Source of the DNA: Microcoleus sp.
Lineage (GTDB): Bacteria > Cyanobacteriota > Cyanobacteriia > Cyanobacteriales > Microcoleaceae
Assembly: GCA_052279835.1 (NCBI GenBank)
Contig: CP181291.1
Location: 3,232,001-3,296,000 of the forward strand
Length of the DNA: 64,000 nt
Direction: 5' to 3'
Shown in pieces: positions 49,946 to 60,150 of the stretch. The notes beneath the pieces are model-generated. The model was not told where the DNA came from and did no database searches. It saw nothing but the letters and a program-made list of their open reading frames with translations. How positions within the stretch are numbered: the first letter of the stretch is position 1; the number at the start of each line of letters is the position of its first letter. The position numbers and the translations under genes were made by a program.

Positions 49946-50924
49946 GGCATTTACTTGTGTTGTGGTTGATTTATATAGTTTTTATAATTTTTATAATTTT
50001 AAATTATAGATATAAACAATTTTAAATTATAGATATAAACTTGTACTCTGATTCATTAACTGTCGATCGCCTTTAGTCCCACGCGCGATCGCCAGCCCAG
50101 AACCTCCCTTAATACTTACGTAATAACACTATATTGCCTACATAAAAAAACAAATGCCCCTCATTTTTTCAGTAAAAATCCATATCCCCAAGCACCGATA
50201 CCGATGATTTATTTTTTTTGGCATTTTTTTCCCAGGTACTGTCCGTGGTAATTATCTGTTAATAAAATATTCTCCACTCACCAACTAGCCCCATACCAGC
50301 CATGTCTAGGCAAGGAATGTGAACCACGGCACCCAGTAGCACCTGGTATGGGGGTGGCGGTTATGGTTGGGTTTGTTTCGCTGATGTATGTAAAAAATTA
50401 CAGGACTTACGGAGGATAGTTATCCGTAAGATTGGGTAGAGGACCAGTGTCCCATCCCGGATCGAGAACTCCCCCCAGCCCCAACCCTAGATTTTGTGTT
50501 TCCTCTGCCTAAGTTAAATAAATTAATTATTTACATTAATTATTGTATCAAAAGAGTTTGACAATGGTAACTTATGCTAATTACCTACCGAAGCAGAGCT
50601 AGCAATCCGCGGGGACTGAGCAGGGATCGAGGGATTAAAGTAGGTTTTGTACTGATTAATATTGGGGATCTGGGAGAGTGGCAAGTTGAAGTTTTTGGGA
50701 ATGGGACCTTGGTGAACTCCGCTGACAGGGTGGCTGAGTGAGCAAAAAGTCCTATTGTGAGAGTCGCAAAATATTTTGTGAGGATCTTTGCTTTGATCCA
50801 GGGTTTTGATACTCTAAAATATAGATAGAGCTGTGGCGCTCAATCGATCGGCATTGTTAATACTAGGGGAGCCAACTATGCAGGGTGTGAAAATTATTCA
50901 CCTGAAAGTTAGGGAGTTTTCTGA

Positions 50925-51401
50925 GTGATTGCTATCTCAGCCCGTCCAGTGGGGCGCAATTGGATTACGATTAGCTTCGCTTCTACTCTATACCTTTGTC
51001 CTGTTTTGGATCTGCTCCTAGCAGAGGTTCCGGTTCACTGGCAAGCGGAATTACGGTTAGGGCTTCAAGAAGCTTTGGTAAATGCTGCTAAACATGGAAA
51101 CAAATTGGACCCCAGTAAAACTGTTGGAGTCCGTTTTTCCATCGTACAAAATCAATATTGGTGGGTGATATCAGACGAGGGAACGGGGTTTCAAGCCCCT
51201 TGCAATTGCAACCTTTATACAGATGATTGCGATAGCGATGTTGCAGATAACTGTGAACTCCCTGACGTTGAAAATGAATGCGGCAGGGGGTTGTTTATTC
51301 TTTACCAGATATTCGATCGGGTTGAGTGGAATTCTCAGGGTACAGAGTTAAGGGTATGCAAACAAGTTCCCAGTTCCTCAAGCCTACCTCGCTGGCGGTA
51401 A
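50925..51401 (+). CDS. pmgA: PmgA-type anti-sigma factor-like ATP-binding protein
   Basis: SFASTLYLCP, LRLGLQEALVNAAKHGN, ISDEGTGF, ECGRGL; GTG start. Confidence 0.85.
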   Translation: MIAISARPVGRNWITISFASTLYLCPVLDLLLAEVPVHWQAELRLGLQEALVNAAKHGNKLDPSKTVGVRFSIVQNQYWWVISDEGTGFQAPCNCNLYTDDCDSDVADNCELPDVENECGRGLFILYQIFDRVEWNSQGTELRVCKQVPSSSSLPRWR

Positions 51402-51530
51402 AACTACTAATATTTGGCAGAATTGTCAACATCAGTCACAACGGGAGAGTTCTCTGGTTCCCCAATCGACCGATCGCACTCGATCGGTCTACTTGCTGTG
51501 CATAAGTCAGTCTCAGTAACAAAATATCAC
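51390..51530 (+). ncRNA. Candidate 6S RNA (possibly 3'-truncated)
   Basis: GAATTGTCAACATCAGTCACAACGGGAGAG resembles the 6S 5' central-bubble region (from memory). Rod-like pairing GAGA/TCTC and CTGGTT/AGTCAG, apical GACCGATCG/CGATCGGTC. Ends uncertain. Confidence 0.45.
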
Positions 51531-52856
51531 CAAAGAAATGGGTCTGAAGCCCCGTCACTTCGGCTACGCTCAGTGCATCGCCTTCGCTTGACGGCTTGAA
51601 TTCTCCTAATTCTATCAGAGAGTTATAGTATAATAGAGTAAGTAAATAGCCCGCAAAAATGAAAGCAAGGTATCGCTACAGATTCTATCCAACCGACCAG
51701 CAGAAACAGAGCCTAGCTCAGTTGTTTGGCTGTGTTCGAGTAGTCTGGAACGATGCGCTTGCACTGTGTAAACAGTCCGAAAAAAACCCTAAATCGGCAG
51801 ACCTTCAAAAGCAGGTTATTACTCAAGCTAAACAAACCAAAGAAAGAGCATGGTTGAGTGAAGTCTCGGTAGTTCCATTACAACAATCTGTAGCCGATCT
51901 GGAAACAGCTTTTAAGAACTTTTTCGACTCCTGCAAAGGAAAGCGGAAAGGGCGCAAAGTTGGATATCCTAAGTTCAAGAAAAAAACTAACATCCAATCG
52001 GCAAGGCTTACTCTCCGTGGTTTTTCCATGAAGGAAGATGGCGGTGTCTATCTAGCTAAAATCGGCACAGTCAAGCCTATTTGGTCTAGAGCCTTGCCAT
52101 CCGAACCTAGCTCTGTAACTGTCATCAAGGATTGTGCGAATCGCTATTTCCTCAGCTTTGTTGTAGAGATTAATCCCGATATTGTCGAAGCCAAAAACCA
52201 CAGCATCGGCATCGATTTGGGCATTAAAACCTTTGCAGTGATGAGCAATGGCGCTCAAGCCGAAAGTCCTAGCTACAAAAAACTAGATCGGAAAATCCGC
52301 CAACTTCAGAAAAAACTAGCTCGTCAACAGAAGGACTCCAAACGTCGAAACAAAACTCGAACCCAGATAGCCAAACTACACAATCAAATTTCAGACACTC
52401 GTAAAGACTTCTTGCACAAACTGTCTACTAAAATAGTTAACGAAAACCAAGTAATTGTTTTGGAAGATTTAAATGTGTCTGGTATGTTGAAAAATCGAAA
52501 GCTCTCAAAAGCGATTAGCCAACAAGGTTGGTACGAATTTAGAGCTTTGTGCGAGGCAAAATCTGAAAAGTTTGGCAAAGAATTTAGAGTAATTAGTCGT
52601 TGGGAACCAACGAGTCAAGTATGTGCGGACTGCGGTTTTAAGTGGGGTAAATTAGACCTTTCAATTCGAGAATTAATCTGTTTAAACTGCGGTACACACC
52701 AAGACAGGGATTTGAACGCTGCGAGAATTATACAAAAAGTCGGGATTGGGCATAGCCACGACTGTAAATGGCCGCAGAGGGAAGGTAAGACTGCTTGCAG
52801 CACATCCCAATGAAGCGTCAAGAATCACCGCACTTTCAGGGCGGTGAGTATGTCAA
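51531..52856 (+). mobile_element. Non-autonomous IS200/IS605-family element (tnpB only, IS1341-like)
   Basis: Target TCAC at 51527-51530; guide GAAG at +16..+19 before the left hairpin; right end GAAT-hairpin(TCACCGC/GCGGTGA)-TCAA ending at 52856. Confidence 0.88.
51659..52813 (+). CDS. tnpB: RNA-guided endonuclease TnpB (canonical)
   Basis: YRFYPT HTH, GIDLG, VLEDL, CADC/CLNC zinc finger, DRDLNAA. Confidence 0.95.
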   Translation: MKARYRYRFYPTDQQKQSLAQLFGCVRVVWNDALALCKQSEKNPKSADLQKQVITQAKQTKERAWLSEVSVVPLQQSVADLETAFKNFFDSCKGKRKGRKVGYPKFKKKTNIQSARLTLRGFSMKEDGGVYLAKIGTVKPIWSRALPSEPSSVTVIKDCANRYFLSFVVEINPDIVEAKNHSIGIDLGIKTFAVMSNGAQAESPSYKKLDRKIRQLQKKLARQQKDSKRRNKTRTQIAKLHNQISDTRKDFLHKLSTKIVNENQVIVLEDLNVSGMLKNRKLSKAISQQGWYEFRALCEAKSEKFGKEFRVISRWEPTSQVCADCGFKWGKLDLSIRELICLNCGTHQDRDLNAARIIQKVGIGHSHDCKWPQREGKTACSTSQ

Positions 52857-52940
52857 ACCTAGATGCCCGACTCTTCCACAAGTCGGGCACCTAAAACCAG
52901 AGGGTTTTGAGTTTCCAGAGTTTCGATCAAAACTAAAAAA

Positions 52941-53222
52941 CTATTTTCCGTGTCCGTGGGTGGGGCAAGGAGGAGCAGAGATCGATCGATCTAGCCATCC
53001 TGCGGCTTGATTCAAGCGAGGGAGGGCTTCTTCTGGCTGATTTTTGAGCAAAAAGACCAAGGCAGCCCCAGCTTGCTCAGCGGCGCGAGCAGGACGGTTA
53101 TTCTTGAGACGATGCCAATCTTTTTCGGAGATGGCGAGGCGGGCGGCAAGAGCTTGGGCTAGTTCTACTGTGGTAAGCTCGTTGAGGTTGACTGTTTTAG
53201 GCGTTTGTGTAGTTTCAAGCAT
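52941..53222 (-). CDS. DUF6439 family protein
   Basis: LAISEKDWHRLK..RAAEQ..PPCPTHG, a conserved cyanobacterial family. Confidence 0.75.
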   Translation of the reverse strand: MLETTQTPKTVNLNELTTVELAQALAARLAISEKDWHRLKNNRPARAAEQAGAALVFLLKNQPEEALPRLNQAAGWLDRSISAPPCPTHGHGK

Positions 53223-53323
53223 AGTTGGTAATCATAGCGATTTGGCTACAGTTCCTGAATTTAAAAAATATACTGCACATAATAACAACTAAATTTTAAT
53301 TATTGTCAGATTTGCGTATCAAA

Positions 53324-53698
53324 ATGCCTCAACAGCCGTCAGAGTTTAATCCAGAGACACCAGGAGATGATGACAGCGAGTTTGTTCAAGCCCTCTCAAC
53401 GGTGGAGCGATCGCTCGCAGCAGTCAAAGAACGTTACACTCAAATTCAGGTCGATCGCCAGCGCCAAGCCGAACTGGGGCATCGGCGCGAAGCAATCCAC
53501 CAGCAACAGCGCCAAAATCGCTTACCGCAACTGAAGAAAGAATTGCGGGAAATTGAGCAAGAATTAGAAACGATCGAGTTAAATTTAGAAAGCAGTCTGT
53601 TTTCCTGGGCTAGCATAAAACAACCTTTTTGGCAAGCAGTTCGTTTTGGGGGACTTGGTATTTTGCTAGGTTGGATTTTGAAATCCTATGCGGGATAG
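53324..53698 (+). CDS. Hypothetical coiled-coil protein with C-terminal membrane anchor
   Basis: Coiled coil, then FWQAVRFGGLGILLGWIL. Confidence 0.75.
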   Translation: MPQQPSEFNPETPGDDDSEFVQALSTVERSLAAVKERYTQIQVDRQRQAELGHRREAIHQQQRQNRLPQLKKELREIEQELETIELNLESSLFSWASIKQPFWQAVRFGGLGILLGWILKSYAG

Positions 53699-53792
53699 TT
53701 TTTGATTTTTTTTACCGCAGAGGGCGCAGAGGGCGCAGAGGAAGAGAAAACAGAGAAATATAGTGCAAAATATTAAATAAACGGGAGTGGAT

Positions 53793-55184
53793 ATGACAAA
53801 TCAACGAATTGCTGCTATTTTGCGGGGTGGTGAACCTGATGAAACTGTCACTGTTCAAGGCTGGGTTCGCACTAAGCGGGAATTGAAAGAATTTGCGTTT
53901 GTGGAAGTCAATGATGGTTCGGCGATGGCTAATTTACAAGTAGTCATCAATGCTGATTTGCCAGATTTTGAAAATGTACTGAAACAATTAAATACAGGTG
54001 CATCTGTGGAAGTGTCGGGGGTGTTGGTAGCATCTCCAGCAAAGGGACAGCGCATTGAGTTAAAAGCGTCTCAAGTTCAAGTTTATGGGGATGCCGATCC
54101 CCAAAGTTATCCGCTGCAAAAGAAGCGGCATTCTTTGGAGTTTTTGCGAACTATCGCCCATTTGCGGCCTCGTACTAACACCCATGGTGCTGTGTTTCGG
54201 GTTCGCAATGCTTGTTCCGCAGCGATACACCAATTTTTCCAAGAACGGGGTTTTTTGTGGGTGCACACTCCGATTATTGCTGCTAGCGATTGTGAAGGTG
54301 CGGGGGAAATGTTCGCTGTTACTAACTTTGATTTAAAAAATATCCCGCGCACTGATTCTCAAGAGGTTGATTATGCTAAAGACTTTTTTGGTAAACGCGC
54401 TTATCTGACAGTAAGCGGTCAGTTGGAAGCGGAAATTATGGCGATGGCTTTCGGCAATGTTTACACTTTTGGCCCGACTTTTAGAGCGGAAAATTCTAAT
54501 ACTTCGCGGCATTTGGCTGAGTTTTGGATGATTGAACCGGAGATGGCTTTTTGCGATTTGCAGGGTGATATGGATTTGGCTGAGGCGTTTTTAAAGTATA
54601 TCTTTAAATACGTGTTGGATCACTGCCCGGAAGATATGGAGTTTTTCAACGATCGCATTGACAAGACGGTTTTGGCTACTGCGGAAAATATCATTAACAA
54701 TCAGTTCGAGCGGATTACCTATACCGAGGCGATCGCACTTTTGGAGAAAGCAGACAAAAAGTTTGATTTTCCCGTCAAGTGGGGTTTGGATTTGCAGTCG
54801 GAACACGAGCGTTATTTGGCTGAGGAATTGTTTAAAAAGCCGACAATTGTCACAGATTATCCCGTGGGAATTAAAGCATTTTATATGCGGTTAAATGATG
54901 ATGAAAAAACCGTGCGAGCCATGGATATTCTGGCTCCTAAACTGGGAGAAATCATCGGTGGTTCCCAGCGGGAAGAACGGCTGGATGTGTTGGAAAGACG
55001 CATGGAAGCGCAGGGGATGAACAAGGAGGAATTGTGGTGGTATTTGGATTTGCGCCGCTATGGTACTGTGCCTCATGCTGGCTTTGGTTTGGGGTTTGAA
55101 CGGCTGGTGCAGTTTATGACGGGAATGGGAAATATTCGGGATGTGATTCCGTTTCCGAGAGCACCTTTGACTATTGATTTTTAG
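53793..55184 (+). CDS. asnS: Asparagine--tRNA ligase
   Basis: [58 protein letters not shown]. Confidence 0.97.
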   Translation: MTNQRIAAILRGGEPDETVTVQGWVRTKRELKEFAFVEVNDGSAMANLQVVINADLPDFENVLKQLNTGASVEVSGVLVASPAKGQRIELKASQVQVYGDADPQSYPLQKKRHSLEFLRTIAHLRPRTNTHGAVFRVRNACSAAIHQFFQERGFLWVHTPIIAASDCEGAGEMFAVTNFDLKNIPRTDSQEVDYAKDFFGKRAYLTVSGQLEAEIMAMAFGNVYTFGPTFRAENSNTSRHLAEFWMIEPEMAFCDLQGDMDLAEAFLKYIFKYVLDHCPEDMEFFNDRIDKTVLATAENIINNQFERITYTEAIALLEKADKKFDFPVKWGLDLQSEHERYLAEELFKKPTIVTDYPVGIKAFYMRLNDDEKTVRAMDILAPKLGEIIGGSQREERLDVLERRMEAQGMNKEELWWYLDLRRYGTVPHAGFGLGFERLVQFMTGMGNIRDVIPFPRAPLTIDF

Positions 55185-55188
55185 TTGC

Positions 55189-55419
55189 AGGCGGCGGTTG
55201 AAACCAGGTTTACAAAAACAAAGCAGACGGCGGTTGAAACCGCGCCTACAAAAACAAAGTCCGCCTCCGCGGACTGAAGACAATAACATAATCTTTTAAC
55301 TGGTTTAACTGGTTCCCAGGCTCCAGCCTGGGAAACTATATCCAGAGGCTCTGCCTCGCTTGGTAAAATGGAGGCAGAGCCTCCCGATCGGCGTTACCAG
55401 GCTCCAGCCTGGTAACGAG
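55189..55419. repeat. Cluster of REP-like palindromic repeats
   Basis: GGCGGTTGAAACC..TACAAAAACAAAG twice, then GTTCCCAGGCTCCAGCCTGGGAA / GAGGCTCTGCCTC units; relatives at 19393-19418 and 57963-58067. Confidence 0.85.
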
Positions 55420-55455
55420 TAATCTAAAATATAAAATCTGAAATGGTATAAACTA

Positions 55456-56181
55456 ATGGTTCTTCAAATCCCATCGAGTTCCAAAGTACCAACTGTCACC
55501 TGGGAAGCCCTACCAGCAGACTTTATTTTACCGGACGATCCCGTGGAAAATATTCAACAACCGCCCCTTGCTGCCGCTCTCACCGATGCTTTGGGGGCCG
55601 CTCGACGCATTCAACCCATAGCCCTCATTGGTTCCAATTTTGGACTGGTAGCGACTATAAATAAGCAGACTGTAGTCAAAGCACCGGATTGGTTTTACGT
55701 GCCGCAAGTGCATCCAGTTGCTGAGGGGATGATTCGCCGCAGCTACACGCCCAATCTGGAGGGTGCGCCAGTATTGGTGGTGATGGAGTTTTTGTCTAAC
55801 GAAGATTACGGCGAACTGTCGGTGCGATCGACTCCTCCCTACGGTAAGCTCTACTTCTACGAGCAGATTTTGCAAGTGCCCACCTATGTTACCTACGACC
55901 CCTACGAGCCCAAGCTGGAAGTGCGGTATCTCCAAAATGGGCGCTATGCAGCCCAGACTGCTGATGCACAGGGACGGGTGCGGATTCCAGAGTTGGATTT
56001 ATGGCTGGGGATTTGGCCGGGGGAACGGCTGGGACAAACTATCAACTGGTTGCGCTGGTGGGATTCGCAGGGAAATTTGCTGCTGTGGAGTTCGGAACAA
56101 GCCCAACAGGAACGGCTGCGGGCGGATTTATTGGCGGCAAAGTTGCGGGAGTTGGGTGTCGATCCCGATCGACTGATATAA
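55456..56181 (+). CDS. Uma2 (DUF820) family endonuclease-like protein
   Basis: LPDDPVEN, KAPDWFYV, VMEFLS, GKLYFYEQIL, WLRWWD, LRELGVDP. Confidence 0.9.
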   Translation: MVLQIPSSSKVPTVTWEALPADFILPDDPVENIQQPPLAAALTDALGAARRIQPIALIGSNFGLVATINKQTVVKAPDWFYVPQVHPVAEGMIRRSYTPNLEGAPVLVVMEFLSNEDYGELSVRSTPPYGKLYFYEQILQVPTYVTYDPYEPKLEVRYLQNGRYAAQTADAQGRVRIPELDLWLGIWPGERLGQTINWLRWWDSQGNLLLWSSEQAQQERLRADLLAAKLRELGVDPDRLI

Positions 56182-56324
56182 AATCCTCTCTTCATCGTCC
56201 TGTATTAAACTCTCTCTTCTCTTCCTCTTTCCCCCCTTGGGGGGGGCAGGGGGGGGGTCGTCCTTCGCGCCTTCGCGGTTAAATCATTCCGATACAACCG
56301 CAATTGATATGACGTGAAAAATAG

Positions 56325-56381
56325 AGGACTAAAGTCCTTACTACGAACCTAAAAATGGTTTGTAGTGAGGACTTTAGTCCT
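56325..56381. repeat. GTAG-type REP doublet
   Basis: AGGACTAAAGTCCTTACTAC ... GTAGTGAGGACTTTAGTCCT inverted pair. Confidence 0.8.
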
Positions 56382-56401
56382 GATTATGAACTTATTACCG
56401 A

Positions 56402-57883
56402 TTAAGTTGCCGAGGGAATTGTGATATCCACAGATTGCACTTTTACCGAAGTTCCCAAACTCGATAATGGTGGTTGAATTGCCCCAGTATTTCCCACTAC
56501 TAATGTCACCAAATTCTCCGGTTTCAAGTAAGTATTAGCGACGCGCTGTACGTCAGCAATTGTGGCTGCTTCAACGCTGCGACGGTAGCTAAAAATGAAA
56601 TCTTGCGGATAACCGTAGTATTCGTAGTTCATTAAGCGCGCCAAAGTTTGACTGGGGTCTTCAAATTTGAAGATGAAGGAATTGATTTTTGAATCTTTAG
56701 CAAAAGCTAATTCTTCTGGGGTAATTGCTTCGGTGCGAATGCGATCGATCTCTGTGTTAATTGCTTTGATAAATGGTACGGTTGCTTCCGATCGCGTTTG
56801 GCCTCCTGCGACAAATACCCCAGGATAGTCAAACCTCGCACTCCAAGCAGCATAGACTGAATAAGCTAAGCCTTGGCGCGATCGCACGTTATTGAACAAA
56901 CGGCCACCAAAACCGTTCAAAACCCCATTCATTACATCCAAAGCACCGTAATCTGGACTATTGAGCATTCCGCCCAAATGTCCCATTTGCACGTAACTTT
57001 GAGTTAGTTGGGGCTGATTTACGAAAAATATGCCACCTTTATTGGCTGCTGATACAGTGGGTAAGGGTGGCACTTCTGCCATCTGAGTCGGTTCCCAATT
57101 GCCAAATTTTTGCTCGATGAGCGATCGCATTTTTGCCGTATCAAAGTCCCCAGAAATCCCCAAAATCATATTTTTAGGGTGAAAGTATTTCTGGTAAAAA
57201 TTCACCAAATCTTCGCGGGAAATATTCGCCAGGGTTTTGTATTCTACCGTGCGGGCGTAAGGACTGCGATCGCCATAAATCAGTTTTTGAAACTCCCGGC
57301 TAGTAATGTCGTCGGGATTGTCATTGCGGCGGGCGATTCCACCTTGCTCTTGTTTCTTTGCTAAATCCAACTTTTCCTGAGCAAAAATTGGCTGTTGAAT
57401 GACTTCGGCAAACAAGTCAAATACAGGCTCTATATCCTCAGCTAAAGCCGTAAAATTAGCGCTTCCCGAAGTAGAGCTAATCCCTGTTTCTACCGAAGCA
57501 GCGCGACGTTCTAGCACCTGATTTAGTTCGTCTGACGTATGCTTTTTCGTACCGCCAGTGCGCATTACTGTCCCAGTTAAATTTGCCAGTCCGATTTTCT
57601 CACTTGGCTCCAATCTTTCTCCAGTGCGAAATATCGCATTTCCTCCGACTAAGGGCAGTTCTTTGTCTTCCATTAAGTAGACTCGCATCCCATTTTTAAG
57701 TTCAAAGCGAGTGTATTTAGGTAGTTTCAATTCTGGCAGTGCCGGAAATGTCAATTCGTCGTAGTGCTTCGGTCCCGCTGCGAAGGAAGGTAACAAATTA
57801 AATGTTGATAATGAAACTGTAAAGAAGCAAAGCGCCAGCAGAAATAGCTTTACTTTTTTCAGTTTCAATTTAGTCCTTTTCAT
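56402..57883 (-). CDS. M16 peptidase-like subunit lacking HxxEH
   Basis: LKNGMRVYL, GLANLTG, RLFNNVRSRQGLAYSV; signal peptide; no zinc motif. Confidence 0.88.
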   Translation of the reverse strand: MKRTKLKLKKVKLFLLALCFFTVSLSTFNLLPSFAAGPKHYDELTFPALPELKLPKYTRFELKNGMRVYLMEDKELPLVGGNAIFRTGERLEPSEKIGLANLTGTVMRTGGTKKHTSDELNQVLERRAASVETGISSTSGSANFTALAEDIEPVFDLFAEVIQQPIFAQEKLDLAKKQEQGGIARRNDNPDDITSREFQKLIYGDRSPYARTVEYKTLANISREDLVNFYQKYFHPKNMILGISGDFDTAKMRSLIEQKFGNWEPTQMAEVPPLPTVSAANKGGIFFVNQPQLTQSYVQMGHLGGMLNSPDYGALDVMNGVLNGFGGRLFNNVRSRQGLAYSVYAAWSARFDYPGVFVAGGQTRSEATVPFIKAINTEIDRIRTEAITPEELAFAKDSKINSFIFKFEDPSQTLARLMNYEYYGYPQDFIFSYRRSVEAATIADVQRVANTYLKPENLVTLVVGNTGAIQPPLSSLGTSVKVQSVDITIPSAT

Positions 57884-58068
57884 TCTTTCTCCTAAGTTTT
57901 ATATTGTGACATAGCGTAGGAGCGATGCTCCTTACTCGCCCTAAATGCGAGTTTATCTCCCTTGTCTGCGGAGGCAGACTTCGTGATTGTATAAGTGGTT
58001 TCAACCGCCTAGTCTAAATCGAGGCAGAGCCTCTGGATCTGCGTTCCCAGGCAGAGCCTAGGAACGAG

Positions 58069-58272
58069 TCTTCCTTATTCCTTCTTCCTTCCCCCCTTGG
58101 GGAGGGCAGGAGGGGGTTCTTCTTCCCTCTTCCTTCTTCCTGAATTTCCCCCCTTGGGGGGGGGCAGGGGGGGTTCTTCTTCCTTCTTCCTTCTTCCTGA
58201 ATTTCCCCCCTAGGGGGGGGCAGGGGGGGGTTCTTCTTCCTTCTTCCCTCTTCCTTCTTCCTTCTTCCTTCC
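58069..58272. repeat. TTCTTCC heptamer array carrying three CCCCCTTGGGGGGGGCAGGGGGG-type units
   Basis: Read directly; same composite at 63010-63212 and a single unit at 56229-56258. Confidence 0.88.
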
Positions 58273-59907
58273 TTACAGTGGTAAAAGCTTACCAATGGTC
58301 TTGTTTTCTGGGCGGAAAGTTGTCTGGGCGACTCGTTGAATATCGGTGGGACCTACCTTAGCAATAGCATCCAATTGCTTAAACAAATTGCGCCAAGAAC
58401 CAGTTTTTACTTGATAATCCAGCAGGGAAAATGCCATGCCCATGTTAGAATCGAGCGATCGCAATAAACCAGCCCTCGCCTGAGTTTTCACTTGCTCCAA
58501 TTCCTCAGCAGACACCGGTTCTGTTTTCAGGCGCTCGATTTCCTTGCTCAAAGCCACCGCCACCTCATCAACGGTGCGCCCCGGAGCAGTTTGAGCGTAA
58601 AATAACATTAAATTCGGATACTTTTCTCCCGGATAACCGCTAAAACCTTGAGCCGCCAAAGCTAATTGCTTTTCTACTACTAAAGATTTGTAAAGTCGAG
58701 AAGTGCGACCATCGCTGAGCAAAGAACCAATTATGTCATAAATCGCATTATCGGGATGGTTCATCGCAGGTCTGTGGTATCCTTCCAAATACCAAGGTTG
58801 AGTTTGCAATTTCAGCGTTACTTCCTTAGTTTGGGTTTGGGGAGGTTCGACAATTTGCAATCGAGGAGCCGCTGGCTTCGCTTTGTAGCGGCCGAAATAA
58901 ATTTGCGCCAGTCGCTTCACCTCCGAGGCTTTCACATCTCCTACCACTGCAACAGTCAGGTTGCTGGGGACGTAATGAGTGTCAAAAAACTTTTGTACAT
59001 CGCTACGGCTGAGGTTTTGAATGTCTTGAGTGTAGCCAATTACGGGGCGGCGATAGGGATGGACAGAGAAAGCTTTGTCAGCAAAAAGTTCCACCATTTG
59101 TCCGATGGGGGAATTTTCGGTTCGCATTCGGCGCTCCTCTAGAATCACCTGTTTTTCTTTGTAAAATTCCCGAAATACTGGTTCTAGAAATCGCTCTGAT
59201 TCCAGGGACATCCACAGTTCTAATTTATTAGCTGGCAGGCTATAAAAATACATGGTGGCGTCGGTAGAAGTGGCGGCATTGAGGCCGACTCCGCCTGCTT
59301 GTTCGACAATTTTGCCAAATTCGTTGCGTTTGACAAATTGCAATGCTTCGTTTTCTACTTTGTCAAATTCTGCTTGAAATTTAGCGACTTCTGCGGTTTT
59401 ACCGCTGGCTTTGGCTGCTTGGATTTGCGCGAAGAGTTTGTCTTGTTTTTCTAGGAGTGGTTTTTCAGCTTTGTAATCAGTAGTGCCAATTTGGGGGGTG
59501 CCTTTGAAGGCTAAATGTTCGAGGTAGTGAGCGACTCCTGTTTGCCCGTCGGGCTCGTTTGCTCCTCCCACGTCAGCATGAATTAGAAAGGATGCTACGG
59601 GTGCTCTTGGTCTTTCGAGTACGATGAATGTCATGCCGTTGTCAAGCTTAAATTCGGTGACTTGGCGAATGACTCGATCGAGCGATGGCACAACAGACAC
59701 TGCTGCGGAGCCGTTAGCAGGGTTTTCGCGGGCGAGGGCGATTTCGGGGCTAATTCCCCACCACAGCACCACAGCGGCCAGCAGGAATGCTAGGAGTCGT
59801 TTTTTGCGTTTGGGGGATTCCCTAGGAGATAGCTTCGCTTCACTAGGTTTTTGAGACGGCGGGATCATGGGATTTGAGATTTGAGATTTGGGATTGGGCA
59901 TTGTCAC
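58273..59907 (-). CDS. M16 family zinc peptidase (catalytic subunit)
   Basis: GVAHYLEHLAFKGT, NAATS, ILEERRMR, HPYRRPVIG, SRLYKSLV. Start uncertain (GTG 59907 or a later ATG). Confidence 0.92.
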   Translation of the reverse strand: MTMPNPKSQISNPMIPPSQKPSEAKLSPRESPKRKKRLLAFLLAAVVLWWGISPEIALARENPANGSAAVSVVPSLDRVIRQVTEFKLDNGMTFIVLERPRAPVASFLIHADVGGANEPDGQTGVAHYLEHLAFKGTPQIGTTDYKAEKPLLEKQDKLFAQIQAAKASGKTAEVAKFQAEFDKVENEALQFVKRNEFGKIVEQAGGVGLNAATSTDATMYFYSLPANKLELWMSLESERFLEPVFREFYKEKQVILEERRMRTENSPIGQMVELFADKAFSVHPYRRPVIGYTQDIQNLSRSDVQKFFDTHYVPSNLTVAVVGDVKASEVKRLAQIYFGRYKAKPAAPRLQIVEPPQTQTKEVTLKLQTQPWYLEGYHRPAMNHPDNAIYDIIGSLLSDGRTSRLYKSLVVEKQLALAAQGFSGYPGEKYPNLMLFYAQTAPGRTVDEVAVALSKEIERLKTEPVSAEELEQVKTQARAGLLRSLDSNMGMAFSLLDYQVKTGSWRNLFKQLDAIAKVGPTDIQRVAQTTFRPENKTIGKLLPL

Positions 59908-60150
59908 ACAGCCAGATGTTTATGCCGAATAAAAGAGATTCTTTTTTTAAGCATAAAGATTTTTTGAGTCCTAAGCGATCTGTTGCGTCGCAAGTGCTAC
60001 GCTGATACAGCCAAGCTTAAAAACGATCTAGGGTTGAACAAGGAGTTTTCTGTTGAAGATTAAAGTCACCTACAACTTAAAACTTAACATAATTTAGTCC
60101 CTTAGTCCCCAAGTGGATATTCCAATTCGCCAATTACCGATTACAAAGCT

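Noticed and set aside
51659..52813. Nuclease-dead TnpB (TldR-like regulator)
   Set aside because: All three RuvC acidic residues and both transposon ends are present.
55189..55275. Direct repeats containing GTTGAAAC as a possible CRISPR array
   Set aside because: Only two adjacent copies, no unique spacers and no cas genes; an inverted relative at about 57990-58010 indicates a dispersed REP family.
55456..56181. Uma2 protein as a defence or restriction system
   Set aside because: Highly expanded solitary family in cyanobacteria; no partner genes here.
58014..58295. ORFs over the heptamer arrays (also 62899-63288, 63000-63237, 25927-26157)
   Set aside because: Low-complexity translations of STRR repeats (EEGRRKK, NYQLPIT), not credible proteins.
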